From: a virus | IMG/VR virus record: IMGVR_UViG_3300036799_000043 | Span: 47,055 to 111,054 of that record | Strand: one strand, 5' to 3' | Length of the DNA: 64,000 nt | Part shown: one piece after another, positions 41,878 to 53,031 of the stretch | How the letters are laid out: each line of letters starts with the position of its first letter | How positions within the stretch are numbered: position 1 is the stretch's first letter | The notes under the pieces: generated by a model | What the model was told of the DNA's origin: nothing | Database searches by the model: none | Seen by the model: only the letters and a program-made list of their open reading frames with translations | Made by a program: the position numbers and the translations under genes

Positions 41878-41906
41878 ACTATACAGCACTGCTTACAAGA
41901 GCGCAA
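41878..41906 (-). promoter_or_regulatory. Promoter/operator copy P16 (minus strand)
   Basis: TTGCGC-17-TATAGT with GCAGTGCTG core on the reverse strand. Confidence 0.85.
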
Positions 41907-41924
41907 GTGTTACGCTCAGACGCA

Positions 41925-43757
41925 ATGGCTGAGCGTCGTAAGACTGCGCGAGTGACGAAAGCGCCGCTCGCCACGAATGATCCATCAGCGCGTGCTGTAG
42001 CTCAAGCTGCTCGACAGTCCGCAGTTGGCAATCTCGCGAGCGTGCCGGGCATCACGGGTGTCGCAACAGCAACGCGCAAGACAGTCGACTCGCTTGGCGT
42101 ATTCTTCGGCAGTACGCCCGTAATCGTGCCACCTCCAAACTACGAAGGTGAGTGGCAGGTCTTCAATCTCGACGCGAACACGTTCGCGAAGCTCGGTCCG
42201 CAAGCGCTCGTCAATCGCATGATCGAGCTATCGCCAGACATCTCGCGAGCGCTCTGGGACTATCTGCGACTGTTCAACCCTGGCTGGACGCTTACGTGCT
42301 TCAACGTTGGAACTGACTCGCAGAACACGCGTGCACAGGCGATTGCTGACGCGATTGTCGCGAAGCTGAATCGTATGTACGGCACTGTCGACGTGCTGCA
42401 CGGTCGTATGGGCATGTCGATGTTTCTGCGCGGTGCACTGTTCTCGGAACTCGTGCTCGCGTTGAACGGCAGGGACTTCGTTGACATGCCAGTGATCGAT
42501 CCCGTCAGCGTGCGCTTCCGGCGTATGCAAGACGACGAGCGCGGCCAGTACTTTGAACTCGGCCAGATGCAAGTAACTGGCTACGTTCAACTCGATCAGT
42601 ACGAGACGATCACGTACATACCCGTTGACCCATCGCCAGACACTCCCTACGGTCGACCGATGGTGTCGCCAGCGATCTTCGCGAGCTTGTTCTTGCTCGG
42701 TCTGCTGCACGATCTGCGACGCGTCATCGCTCAGCAGGGTTACCCGCGCATCGATATCACAGTCGATCTGTCAGCGTTGTTTGACGAAGCGAAGAAGGCG
42801 ATGCCGAGCATTGTCAACAACCCGACAAAGTATGGCGAGTGGGTATCGAAAGTCTTCGACGGCATCAAAGACGTGTACGCGAATTTGCAGCCAGACGACG
42901 CGTACATCCACGGCTCGTCTGTCACTGTCAACAAACCCGTTGGCACCGCAGATCCGTCGAGTCTGGGTGCGATTCCGTCAATTATCGAGATCATCGAGCG
43001 TTGGCTTGTACGTGCGCTCAAGACGATGCCGCTACTCATGGCGACGCGTCAGTCGACGAGCGAGACGCAGGCGAACCGTGAGTGGGAGATTCACGCTGCA
43101 GGCATCAAGTCGCTGCAGCACTACGCCGAAGTGATCTGGGAGCGCCACATGTCGCTTGCGCTGCGCGCTCAGGGTATCCAGTGCGATGTACAGTTTCGTT
43201 ACGCCGAGCTACGCGCGAGCGAGATGATGCGCGATCAGCAGACGATGCAACTGCTTATCCAAAATGCGTTCGCCAAGTATGCGCTCGGCGTTGAAGATAT
43301 CGACGCAATGGCGACAGAGATCGCTGGTCATCCCGCGGTCGAGGAAGAGCCATTGTTCATCCCGAAAGCGTGGAGCAGTGGCGCACCAACTCCCGCTGAG
43401 CAGCAGAACCCAGACGGCACAGAGATCGCTGCGGGTGAGGGCGGTGACAAAGCGCGTGTTATCGAGTGGATGCCAAACCCGAACAGACTCAATATTACGC
43501 GTAAGATCGACGGTGCTGAGTACGTGCCGGTGCAGACCATGACGAATCGTGGTCGAGTCATCATGTGGCGCAAGCGTGGTACACGTGAAATTCGCGCTCC
43601 AGGCGGCGCTACAGGCAAGATCGAGTCGCACGGTGCAGTGCTCGCCGTACCTGACGTGAAAGTCGACAAGCGCTCGCTGCGTAAGGCTGTGACACGCTTC
43701 GACGACAGCGTGCCTGACTGGGCTGGCATTCTCGACGCGCGTGAGAAGACAGCATGA
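41925..43757 (+). CDS. Portal protein
   Basis: Size, position between terL and head genes, PYGRPM motif. Confidence 0.8.
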   Translation: MAERRKTARVTKAPLATNDPSARAVAQAARQSAVGNLASVPGITGVATATRKTVDSLGVFFGSTPVIVPPPNYEGEWQVFNLDANTFAKLGPQALVNRMIELSPDISRALWDYLRLFNPGWTLTCFNVGTDSQNTRAQAIADAIVAKLNRMYGTVDVLHGRMGMSMFLRGALFSELVLALNGRDFVDMPVIDPVSVRFRRMQDDERGQYFELGQMQVTGYVQLDQYETITYIPVDPSPDTPYGRPMVSPAIFASLFLLGLLHDLRRVIAQQGYPRIDITVDLSALFDEAKKAMPSIVNNPTKYGEWVSKVFDGIKDVYANLQPDDAYIHGSSVTVNKPVGTADPSSLGAIPSIIEIIERWLVRALKTMPLLMATRQSTSETQANREWEIHAAGIKSLQHYAEVIWERHMSLALRAQGIQCDVQFRYAELRASEMMRDQQTMQLLIQNAFAKYALGVEDIDAMATEIAGHPAVEEEPLFIPKAWSSGAPTPAEQQNPDGTEIAAGEGGDKARVIEWMPNPNRLNITRKIDGAEYVPVQTMTNRGRVIMWRKRGTREIRAPGGATGKIESHGAVLAVPDVKVDKRSLRKAVTRFDDSVPDWAGILDAREKTA

Positions 43758-44077
43758 TCGAGATCAATCGTGTGATCGAGCAGAACGCGTCTGGTGGCGC
43801 GCGCCCGTCGATACGCGCATGGATCGATTGGTATCGCAACTTGCTGCACGTCGAGACAGATTCGTACGAGCTAGCCACAGTGACACACGAGTATGGCGAT
43901 GCCACGGTGCACGTCGCGTCAATCACGTCACGCGATGCACATTTGGTCGATCTACGCATGCAGCACCCTCACAACTGCGAGTGCGATGCACATCCTTGAG
44001 CGACGATAGGATGGCGGCTGTTGTGATCGTCATTGTCGCGCTTGTGTTCCTGTACTTAGCCACAGGCGGATTCAGCA

Positions 44078-44899
44078 ATGCCATTCGGTGACCATTGCCA
44101 ATACAAGAAATTCTCTGATTGCACCAAGGCGCACTCTGACAAAGATGATCCAGCGGCGTACTGCGCGACGATTCAGGACAAGACTGAGGAACACTGCAAG
44201 CGCAGCATGCGTATCGAGCTACGCCGTAAGGTGCTGCATGTCGCCGCAATCAGACAGGCTGTCGACGATACGTACGAGTGGGACGAAGACAAGCACCATT
44301 ACCTACGTGATGGTGCTGTCGTGTCGCTCGCGACGATCCTGACGCTGCGCGATCAGCTACTAGACGCGCAGTACGCAGACGCTATCGAGCTTGCTGACGC
44401 GCTTGAGGAAGACGGCGATCTAGAGGCGTGGCAAGAGGCAATGCGCGATCTCATCCAGGAGACGCATTCGGCCGCTTACATGCTTGGTCGCGGTGGCATC
44501 AACTTCACTCAAGCTGCAGAACGTCTCGCGCTCGCTGGCATCGTTACGGCGCAGTTTGAGTATCTGCGTCAGTTCGCCGCAGATGTGCAGGCCGGCAAAG
44601 TGTCGATAGCTGACGCGCGCAATCGAGCTTCGCAGTACATGTCATCAGCGACGTACGCGTTCTCACTCGGCTTTGCAGATGCGTATGGCGACGAGCTACA
44701 GCTACCAGCGTATCCGGGCGATGGTGGCTCAAAATGCCTGATGAATTGTCGCTGCGCGTGGGACATCGAAGAAGACACGAAAGAGTGGCGCTGTTACTGG
44801 ATCGCCACAGGTGACGACGAGCAATGCACAGACTGCGATGATCGAGCGCAGTTATACAACCCGTACGTGCAAAAGCGTGTCGTTGCAGCCGCCGCATAA
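44078..44899 (+). CDS. Minor head/head morphogenesis protein (Mu gpF-like)
   Basis: YPGDG..CLMNCRC motif, position after portal. Confidence 0.7.
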   Translation: MPFGDHCQYKKFSDCTKAHSDKDDPAAYCATIQDKTEEHCKRSMRIELRRKVLHVAAIRQAVDDTYEWDEDKHHYLRDGAVVSLATILTLRDQLLDAQYADAIELADALEEDGDLEAWQEAMRDLIQETHSAAYMLGRGGINFTQAAERLALAGIVTAQFEYLRQFAADVQAGKVSIADARNRASQYMSSATYAFSLGFADAYGDELQLPAYPGDGGSKCLMNCRCAWDIEEDTKEWRCYWIATGDDEQCTDCDDRAQLYNPYVQKRVVAAAA

Positions 44900-46107
44900 G
44901 CCGGCGCTGTTCGTTGACCTTCGTGGGCATGGTTGGCACGTTGCACTCGATCAGAACCCACCGAACTTCGTGCTGCCGCTAGTGTGTCGCTGTGGGCTGA
45001 GAATTGAGACGTACACAGAGCCATCTCCGCATCACTTTCTCGTCATGTCGTATTCCTATAATCATCATGGCGAGTGCTGTGTAGACTGCCTGAAAGGAGA
45101 ACGGCGTGCTTCCCAACGACCTGATGTCACGCTCGATGCAGATGGCACGTAATCTCGTCGGTGCAAACGAACTGCAGCTATCGCGTGAGGTCGCGTTGCG
45201 CGTGTTTCGTCAGCACGGCGGCCAATTCGATCAAGACGGTGCACCGATAACTGCTGGCTGCTACATGTGTCGCGCGTCGAGTGCATGCGAGCATCAATCG
45301 CTGGCGTTCTCGATTCTGCTGTCGCTGTCAGTGTTCGAGACCGCGCGTGAGGCGCTTGTAGACTCTGTTATCGACGAGCTACGCAAGAGGGCACGAGAAT
45401 GAGTCCACAGAGGTTGCACGAAGGCGACGACGCGGCATGGATCATGCAGCAGCCACACAAGGAAAACTATCGACTCGTCACGGACATCAGCGGACATACA
45501 GCAGGTGAAATTGGCCTGCTGCTGGAGCAGTCTGTCGAGCCGTCGCTGTTCATTCTGCGCTTTGCGAATGACGCGACGCCAGTCGCGTGTACGCCCGATC
45601 AGGTCGAGCATGTCAACGCCTGAGCAGTTGCCACGCTGCCCGCTGTGTGGTGCAGCAACGCACAAGATCGACAACGACCGAGCACAGTGCGCGCAGTGCA
45701 ATCACGTCATCAGCATCAGCACTCGCCGCAAACTCGATGCGCGTCGAGCGTTCACTGACGATCCGCGTCAGAAAGGGCCGATCTGATGTTCAACCCAATA
45801 CACGCGTGGGATGAACTGTTCTGCCAGTTTTTTCACATTCCGTTTTTGCGCATTCAGCATTACTCCGGTGGTCGCTGGTTGTGCACAAAGCCAAACTGTC
45901 GCGCGCAGCGACGACGCAAGCCGAACCTGCCAGTGTGAGCATGGAGCTACGTTTGCGCTGGTGGTAGACGCTGTATCGCGCGAGCAGGTTGTGGGTGAGA
46001 TAGGCGAGCTATTCCAACGTCTCGCGAACGGCGGCGCTATCAACGCGCTCGAACTGTCAGCAATGCGCGAGCACATCGCACAGAGCTTGACAGACGCTAA
46101 CTCACCA

Positions 46108-46284
46108 ATGACAACGTACTATTGCAATCAGCGACGCGACGATGGCACGCGCTGCGGTGCTGTCGTGACAGAAACGAACGCGCCGTATGGACGTGCGAAG
46201 CAGCGTTGTCGCATTTGTGGCAAGGTAAATACGATCTACTACGGCGGCTACGCGCGTTACGCAGACTCGCCGGCAAGCCGCTAG
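46108..46284 (+). CDS. Com-like zinc-ribbon regulator
   Basis: YC...RCGAVV...QRCRICGKVN. Confidence 0.55.
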   Translation: MTTYYCNQRRDDGTRCGAVVTETNAPYGRAKQRCRICGKVNTIYYGGYARYADSPASR

Positions 46285-46286
46285 CA

Positions 46287-46315
46287 TTGACGCTGTTGCA
46301 TCTATCTCGCATACT
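46287..46315 (+). promoter_or_regulatory. Promoter of head-tail operon (no operator palindrome)
   Basis: TTGACG-17-CATACT. Confidence 0.7.
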
Positions 46316-46402
46316 CTGACCAGAACGTCGTCCTGGTGTCACCGATGTGTGGCGCCGCGAGTGTAAGCCTATGCGCTCACTGTTTCACACAAGGAGCGCT
46401 AC

Positions 46403-47842
46403 ATGCCAGACATTCCAGACGACACTCAGCAGGACGACGCTGCACGTGAGAGTGGCGACGCGACTATTCTGGTTTATCAATCGCCGCTGACGCGCATCAA
46501 GTCTGTCGAAGACACGAATAGCCTGCTCGATCTCGCGAAAGCGGATCACGCGTTCGATCCAAGTGTGTTCGACGAGAACCCGCCGTTTTTCTGGCGTACG
46601 GTACCGTCGACGCAGCTTATCGATTCGTACGGCACGCGCATGATGGACGACTCGCTGCAGAACTTCGCTGCAGACGCGACCGACGGACGCTCGTTCATGG
46701 CGGCGCATGACAGTCGCGACATGCCGCTGGGTCGCTCGTTACGCGGCGAGTACAAGAACGGTCGCACGAGCGGCGGCAAGCGCACCGAAGTCGACTTTTA
46801 CACGATCCCTGGCATGAAAACGCGCACGTTCAACACCGACGACTTTATTCTGGGCGTGCGCAGTGGCATCAATCACGACGTGTCGATTGGCTTTCACGGT
46901 GGCGAGATTCGCTGCTCAGTGTGCGGTGAGCGCTGGTGGTCATTCTTCGGCATGTCGTTTAGCGAGTGCGAGCACATGCCTGGCATGACCTATAAGAAGC
47001 TCGACGCAAAGGGTGCAGAGACAGACACCGACATCGTTGCGTCAGGCGACGTGTACGGCGCGCACATGTCAGAGGTGAGTGCTGTCTACGACGGCGCGAC
47101 ACCTGGTGCAGCAATCATTGGCATTCTGCGCGCAGAGCGCATGGTCGACGCCGGTCGAGTCTCGCCGGACAATGCGCGCAAACTCGAAGCGCGCTACCGC
47201 ATCAGTCTGCCAGTGCAGCACAACTGGCAGGGTTCGTCAACGCGTCAAGCTGGCGCAGCATCAACTACCTCTGAGGAGGAGGACACAATGCCGAAGGACG
47301 ACGCGCCGAAGACTGGCGCTAACGACAACGCTGCTGGCGACAACAACTCGTCTGCTGCAGCTAACAACAGCGCCGCTGGCGACAACAACTCTGCATCTGG
47401 CAACAACAATTCCAGTTCGGACGTTGCTGCTGCTGAGTCGCGTGGGCGTGCTGCTGGCGTGTTGAGCGTACGTTCGATGCTCGCTGAATACAGCATTATC
47501 AAGGGCGACGACCAGCGCGATCTGCCCACGATTCTGCGCGAGATCGGGCAGCAGCAGACACAGCAGCGCAGTCAAGCCGCCGACGGCGTGCAGTACCGCA
47601 AGGACCTCGTCGCAACTGCATTGGAAGAAGGAGTGCGTGCGCTGGGCGAGAGCTTCAACGCTGACACGTACAGGCCGGTTCTCGAAAGCGCAGACATCGA
47701 CACGATCAAACGTTTCCGAGACGACTGGAAAAAGGTCGGCGACGAGAAGCTCGCCGGTGGTCGCAAGACGACTGACGTAAACGGCCACGAGAACGGCACG
47801 AGCGGTCAGTTCAAGCCGCCGGCCAGCGTGCATCGCGGCTAG
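46403..47842 (+). CDS. Prohead protease / scaffolding protein
   Basis: AAHD..MPLGR, VSIGF, EVSAVYDGA; low-complexity linker and helical C-terminus. Confidence 0.8.
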   Translation: MPDIPDDTQQDDAARESGDATILVYQSPLTRIKSVEDTNSLLDLAKADHAFDPSVFDENPPFFWRTVPSTQLIDSYGTRMMDDSLQNFAADATDGRSFMAAHDSRDMPLGRSLRGEYKNGRTSGGKRTEVDFYTIPGMKTRTFNTDDFILGVRSGINHDVSIGFHGGEIRCSVCGERWWSFFGMSFSECEHMPGMTYKKLDAKGAETDTDIVASGDVYGAHMSEVSAVYDGATPGAAIIGILRAERMVDAGRVSPDNARKLEARYRISLPVQHNWQGSSTRQAGAASTTSEEEDTMPKDDAPKTGANDNAAGDNNSSAAANNSAAGDNNSASGNNNSSSDVAAAESRGRAAGVLSVRSMLAEYSIIKGDDQRDLPTILREIGQQQTQQRSQAADGVQYRKDLVATALEEGVRALGESFNADTYRPVLESADIDTIKRFRDDWKKVGDEKLAGGRKTTDVNGHENGTSGQFKPPASVHRG

Positions 47843-47858
47843 AAAGGGGCTAAACGCA

Positions 47859-48290
47859 ATGGCGAATCCACGTCAAAAGATCGCGTTCGACCAGATTCAG
47901 CCTGATCGGACCAGTTACATGGCCGACAAGGTGACGATTGTCCCAGACAAGACATTGACTGGTGGCTGCGCACAAGTCGGCAAAGCTGTCACTCTCGTCG
48001 CTGGCGGTGGCCCTGGTGTCGTCGCGCTGACGCAGGATGGCAACTTCGTCGTAGGCACTATTGAGTCGTGCGACCCGGATGGTGTGCTCACGATTCTCAC
48101 TGGTGACTACGTACAGGTGCCAGCAGCAGCAGCGATGTCAGTCGGTCAGCGTATGGTCGGCGCGCTCAACACCGGCAATCGTGGGTATGTACGTGCTGTC
48201 GTACCCGCGACGCTCGCTGATGTCGCACAAGCTCGCGGTGTCGTTGTCGACGCGACCGACCCGCTCAATCCATGGGTCTTCACTGACTAG
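47859..48290 (+). CDS. Head decoration/cement protein
   Basis: Small beta-rich protein between scaffold and MCP. Confidence 0.65.
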   Translation: MANPRQKIAFDQIQPDRTSYMADKVTIVPDKTLTGGCAQVGKAVTLVAGGGPGVVALTQDGNFVVGTIESCDPDGVLTILTGDYVQVPAAAAMSVGQRMVGALNTGNRGYVRAVVPATLADVAQARGVVVDATDPLNPWVFTD

Positions 48291-48316
48291 CAAGGGCTGA
48301 GGAGGGACTGCACAGC

Positions 48317-49591
48317 ATGTCCAAAAAGCGACAATTCGACTTGCGGATCCAGGCTTCAAGCCCGCAAGAGATCGCAGAGCGCGTCAGCGTTGAGATGTAT
48401 CGCGACGCGATGCAGGCTGGCATGTCTCTCAGCGCGTGGATGGAGCGACTCTGCCCGACCGACCCCGCCGACATGCGCATCGGCAACGACGCGTTCTCGC
48501 GCGTGCTCGCTGCGAAGGATGTCTACACGCGCAGCATGCCAGAATCTGGCATATGGGCTGACACGTGGAGTGATGTCTTCGAGGATCAGCCGAGTGATCG
48601 ACTCATCGGACTCGAATGGGTTGCGCGTCGCTGGCGCGAAGCGAAGACGAGCAAGCCAGCGATTTATCAGACGCAGGGTCAGCGCGATCTGTACATGGCG
48701 TCTGACTACCCGCCTGGTACGAACGCACGCCCGTACGTCGACGCTGCTGAGCCACGCTGGACGCAGATCGCGCCGGCGATCCCGCTGGATCGTCTCGTCG
48801 CGCTGACAACGCCGATCACGGGTATCGACTATCGCGCGGTGTATCTGCAGAACGTCAACCCTGACCAGAAGCGCATGGTTCGTGTCGGTGAGGCCACCGA
48901 ACCCCCGCGCATGAAGCTCATCACGACTGCGCATCAGATCAACCTCTTCAAGTATGGTCGAATCCTGGAGGCGTCGTACGAGGTACTGCGTCGACAGCGA
49001 CTTGATCGCATCGCGATGGAAATCGCTCTCATGGCGATCCAGGCCGAGGTTGACAAGGTTGCGACAGTCATTGACATCATCCTCAATGGTGATGGCAACG
49101 CGGGTACGTCAGCGACGAACTACAACCTCACGACGATGGACCCGACCGCGTCGACGACAACGCCTGCACCGCCATACAACTTGACCGTGCGTGGCTGGTT
49201 GAACTTCAAGGCGCAGTTCCAGAACCCGTACCAACTGACGACAGCGCTCGTGCAGCGTGACACCGCTGTATCGCTGCAGATGTTGAACATGGGCAGCGCC
49301 AACGTCATGCTGACGCAGATTCAAGCCGCGTCGGGCTTCGGTGGCTTCGAGGCCATCAACCCGTCACTACGCGACAACGTTGCGCTCGGCTGGACCTCTG
49401 ACGCACCGCCACTCAAGGTGCTCGGTTTCGATGCACGTCGCGCGATTGAGCGTGTCGTCGAAGTCGGCTCGAACATTCAAGAGGTCGAGCGTCACGCGAC
49501 GACTCAGACGCAGGACCTCGTCATGACCGAAGTCGAAGGCTACGACGTGCTCGATCCGTTCGCCACAGCCGTACTGACACTCACCGCGTAA
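48317..49591 (+). CDS. Major capsid protein
   Basis: 424 aa; RVGEATE, KYGRILEASYE.LRR HK97-fold-like motifs; position. Confidence 0.85.
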   Translation: MSKKRQFDLRIQASSPQEIAERVSVEMYRDAMQAGMSLSAWMERLCPTDPADMRIGNDAFSRVLAAKDVYTRSMPESGIWADTWSDVFEDQPSDRLIGLEWVARRWREAKTSKPAIYQTQGQRDLYMASDYPPGTNARPYVDAAEPRWTQIAPAIPLDRLVALTTPITGIDYRAVYLQNVNPDQKRMVRVGEATEPPRMKLITTAHQINLFKYGRILEASYEVLRRQRLDRIAMEIALMAIQAEVDKVATVIDIILNGDGNAGTSATNYNLTTMDPTASTTTPAPPYNLTVRGWLNFKAQFQNPYQLTTALVQRDTAVSLQMLNMGSANVMLTQIQAASGFGGFEAINPSLRDNVALGWTSDAPPLKVLGFDARRAIERVVEVGSNIQEVERHATTQTQDLVMTEVEGYDVLDPFATAVLTLTA

Positions 49592-49620
49592 CTCTCGCTG
49601 CAGGAGGTAAGTCACTAACC

Positions 49621-50292
49621 ATGCCAACTCAAAATCGACCAACTGCTGGTGCCCCGAGCGCTGCTGGCGGCGCATCGAACACCGACGCAGAGCGTGCGGA
49701 GGCCGAGCGGCAAGAGCACGCCACGCCGTCAGGCGGCGAACTGACAGACGAGCAGCGCGAGAGCAACGTTCGATACCGCGAGCAGTATCAGCGCTCGTCT
49801 GGCTCGACGCTGACTGAGCTTGAGCGCGAGCGACTCGACACGCTCGGCTCTGGTGCACACGGGCCAGGCTCGCTGTCGCGCTCGACAAAGACCGCGATCA
49901 CGTCGCAGGGTCCCATCGATCACGTTGATCCCGAGATGCGCGACAAAGACTTGTGGAAGCGCCAAGAGCAAGCGCACATCAAGCACAACCAGGACGAGGT
50001 CGAGCGCGCTGCGAAGTTCTGCGAGCAGAACGGACTTGAAGGTCTTACGACCGTCAAGTCGGGTCTGGTCGGCATCAACAAGGATCGCGTCGCGTTCACC
50101 GAGTACAACGATGCGCACCCGCATGGCTTCGCATACGTTGCTGGCTCAGACTCGCCGCCAGTCATCGTTGCGCTCACGCCCGAGGTGCAAGGTGCGTTGC
50201 TCACGTCGCGTATCGTCGAGGCCGAAGCCGACGTGCCGAGTGGCTCAAGCGAGCACGTGCAGAAAGTACAGCCGAGAGGCCGACGCCGCTAA
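49621..50292 (+). CDS. Hypothetical virion-region protein
   Basis: SD AGGAGG; follows MCP. Confidence 0.65.
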   Translation: MPTQNRPTAGAPSAAGGASNTDAERAEAERQEHATPSGGELTDEQRESNVRYREQYQRSSGSTLTELERERLDTLGSGAHGPGSLSRSTKTAITSQGPIDHVDPEMRDKDLWKRQEQAHIKHNQDEVERAAKFCEQNGLEGLTTVKSGLVGINKDRVAFTEYNDAHPHGFAYVAGSDSPPVIVALTPEVQGALLTSRIVEAEADVPSGSSEHVQKVQPRGRRR

Positions 50293-50295
50293 GAC

Positions 50296-52665
50296 GTGGG
50301 CCTTCTGCTCGACATAGGCGACGCTGCTGAGGTGCGCGGTGCAATCGGCGTACAGGTCACCTCAGCAGATGTGCCTGATGAACTTGTCATGCTCGACGTG
50401 TACGTTGGTGTCGCGTCTGATCGCGTACTTGAGTGGCGCGATTCTATCGACACGTCGATTGCAGACGACAATCCCTATCTACGTCGAGCGGCTATCTATC
50501 TGACTGCGGCGCTTATCGCGCCCACCGTGCCACACCTATTGAATGAGCGTACGCCAGACTATCAAGTACAGCAGCAAGCATTGCCAGACCCGACCGCACG
50601 TGTTGACTGGCTGCAAGCGGAGGCGTTCAACGCAGTCACGAAAGCTGCCGGACCTGATGCTGTCGTGCGCTCATTCACCGAATTCGATGTAGCACACGGC
50701 ACGCGTGGTTGGATAGACGGTACTGTTTTACGTGAAACAGATGTGCCAGGCAGGTTGTTCTGGTGAGTGTCACGACAAACATCGCCAGACTCGTGCAGCG
50801 TCGACCGCATGACTTCTTCGTGCTGCAGACAGTGCGCGTACAGAGCGACGGTGGGCTGTCGAACGTGACGAAGCGCTACGGCCCATTTCAGGGCGCATTC
50901 TTCGATCCAGCACTCGCTGCACCGGGTGGTCCAAACACAGAAATACAGGACATTCGCGACGACAAAGGCTATCGACTCAACTTCTTACCGCTCGTCGTGC
51001 CTGTTGGTTCGCCCGATGGTCGTGCTGGCGACGCTGTGACGCTGCGAGATCGGCCTACAGAGCGCGACAAGATAGACGCGCTCGATCTCGGCACGTTCAA
51101 CGTGCTCAAGGTGTCGAACCTGGGCTACGACCCTAACAACAAGTCGCCAGAAGCGTATCGAGCGATTCTAGAGCGTCAAAGCTGATGGGTAATCTCGCTA
51201 TCTGGCTCGAACGTCGCGTTATGGCACACCGATCACAACAGACCGCAGCGACGCGCAACGCGCTCGCGTCAATCGCGAGCAACATCAGCAAAGACATGAA
51301 AGCGAAGCATCCCTGGACGAATCGCACGACTGACGCAGAGAAGTCGCTTGGCGTCATCTCTGAATTCGATCAGAAGGGCAATGAGGGTACGTTTACGCTG
51401 CGCGTTGGCTACGTCAACCCACCGCAGGTGAGCTACGGTATCTGGCTTGAGCTTGCGCATGCTGGTGTTTGGGCAATCGTGCGCCCGACAGTACAGCGCT
51501 ATCGCAGCATCGTCCAGAAGAATGTCGCGCAAGCGAGGCGCGTGTGACTCAGACAGTCTGGCCGCCGACGCAAGTACCCGTCACTGCGCGCGAGCTTGTA
51601 CGTCGACTGATCGCGACAGGCGTGCCCGAGTTTGAGGGTCGTGTGTACGAAAACGACTTGCCCGAACCTGGCACGCCAACACCGTTCGCTGTCATTCGCA
51701 TGGGCAACGACTCGACAATTACGAATTGGGGTGCGAAAGCGACACCGCTGATGGTGTGGCCGTTTATCGGCATGTCTGACGATGCGGTGACGTATCGCCT
51801 GCTCGATCTGCTCATCAGCAAGATTGTTGCGGTGCTGACGCCTAACGGTGAATCGGGCATCATCGACGAAGCTGCTGCACTCGGCACGTCTGTCAGTCAG
51901 ACACCTGGCGCGCTCGGTCAGCGTTACTTCGTCACCTACACGGGCGTCATGACGCAGGACACGCGTGATGAGACGTTGCAAGCGCTGACGCGACCGATGG
52001 AATTCACGTTGTCGACACTCGTCTGGCGCAATGAGGAAACGCAGCCGTTCATTGCGACGCTCGCGCAAGCGACGCAGAACGCGATGCCGACTGCACAGAT
52101 TGATCCAACGCTGTCAGCGCCGACTGATGTCGCGCCGTTCGTGTACTGGCGCTGGGCGCAGTCACCTGTACCTGTCGAGCAGCTAACACTTGACGCATGG
52201 TGGGAAGAAGGCACGGTTATGGGTCATGTGCTGACACCGAATGCGATCAATCGACAAGATGTCGTCGAGCGCGTCGTATCTGTGTTCACACCGAATCTTG
52301 TCGAAGGTTGGCACTTGATGCACTCACCGAACGGCTGGCCGTTTCAAGTGCTCGTGTCGCGCGCTGACGCAACTGCAGACCCATTCGCCATCGGGCAGAT
52401 TACGCTGCGCGCGCGTACAGTCAATGCAGATGGTGACCCGTCACAGTGGTATGGCGAAGGTGATGGCGTGCACACGCCGCCAGACGTGCCGCCGACACCC
52501 ATTGTCTTTGGCCCTGACGCACCGCCACTCAATCAACCTCCAAACGTCGACCCGAATGCACCTCCAGGTCCGAACGGCGAGCCGCCTGGTGAAGACTGGC
52601 CGTACCCGAAGATTCGCCGAGTCATACTAACCCAACCTGTAAAGGGGCAAGTCGATGCCAGCTAA
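50296..52665 (+). other. Neck/tail-completion genes (50296-50766 adaptor, 50763-51185 closure, 51185-51547 HK97 gp10-like, 51544-52665 terminator-like)
   Basis: Synteny; HPWTNRT..A and YGIWLELAHAG..AIVRPT motifs in the gp10-like protein. Confidence 0.65.
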
Positions 52666-53031
52666 TCGAACGCGAGACGAAGACACTGAGCCTGAGCAGG
52701 TTGCGCAGAGCACAGTACGTGACGCTACGCACGAGCTAGAGAGCGCAGACGCACTGCGTCTCGCGTTGTTGCACGGTGCAGAGCAGCAACGCGCTGAGGG
52801 CCCGCGCACGAGCGTTTTAGAGCGTGTCGCGCGTCGACGCGCAGCAGAGGACGACAGACTCGTCACTGCTGGCTCGGGCATCGATCAGTCTGAGATCGAG
52901 CACTACGCTGCATTGTGGAACGTTGACTACTCAATTCTGCGCGCGACGTTCGCGCTGCTCGGCAGAAAACGCGTCGACGCAGACGAGCTACGTGCAGCGG
53001 TGACACACGTCGGCGGACGGGAGGTCTAGGC

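Noticed and set aside
1317-41906. Repeated motif as a CRISPR array or integron attC sites
   Set aside because: Copies are irregularly spaced by whole genes and degenerate, and they match -35/-10 geometry; no cas or integron integrase gene is present.
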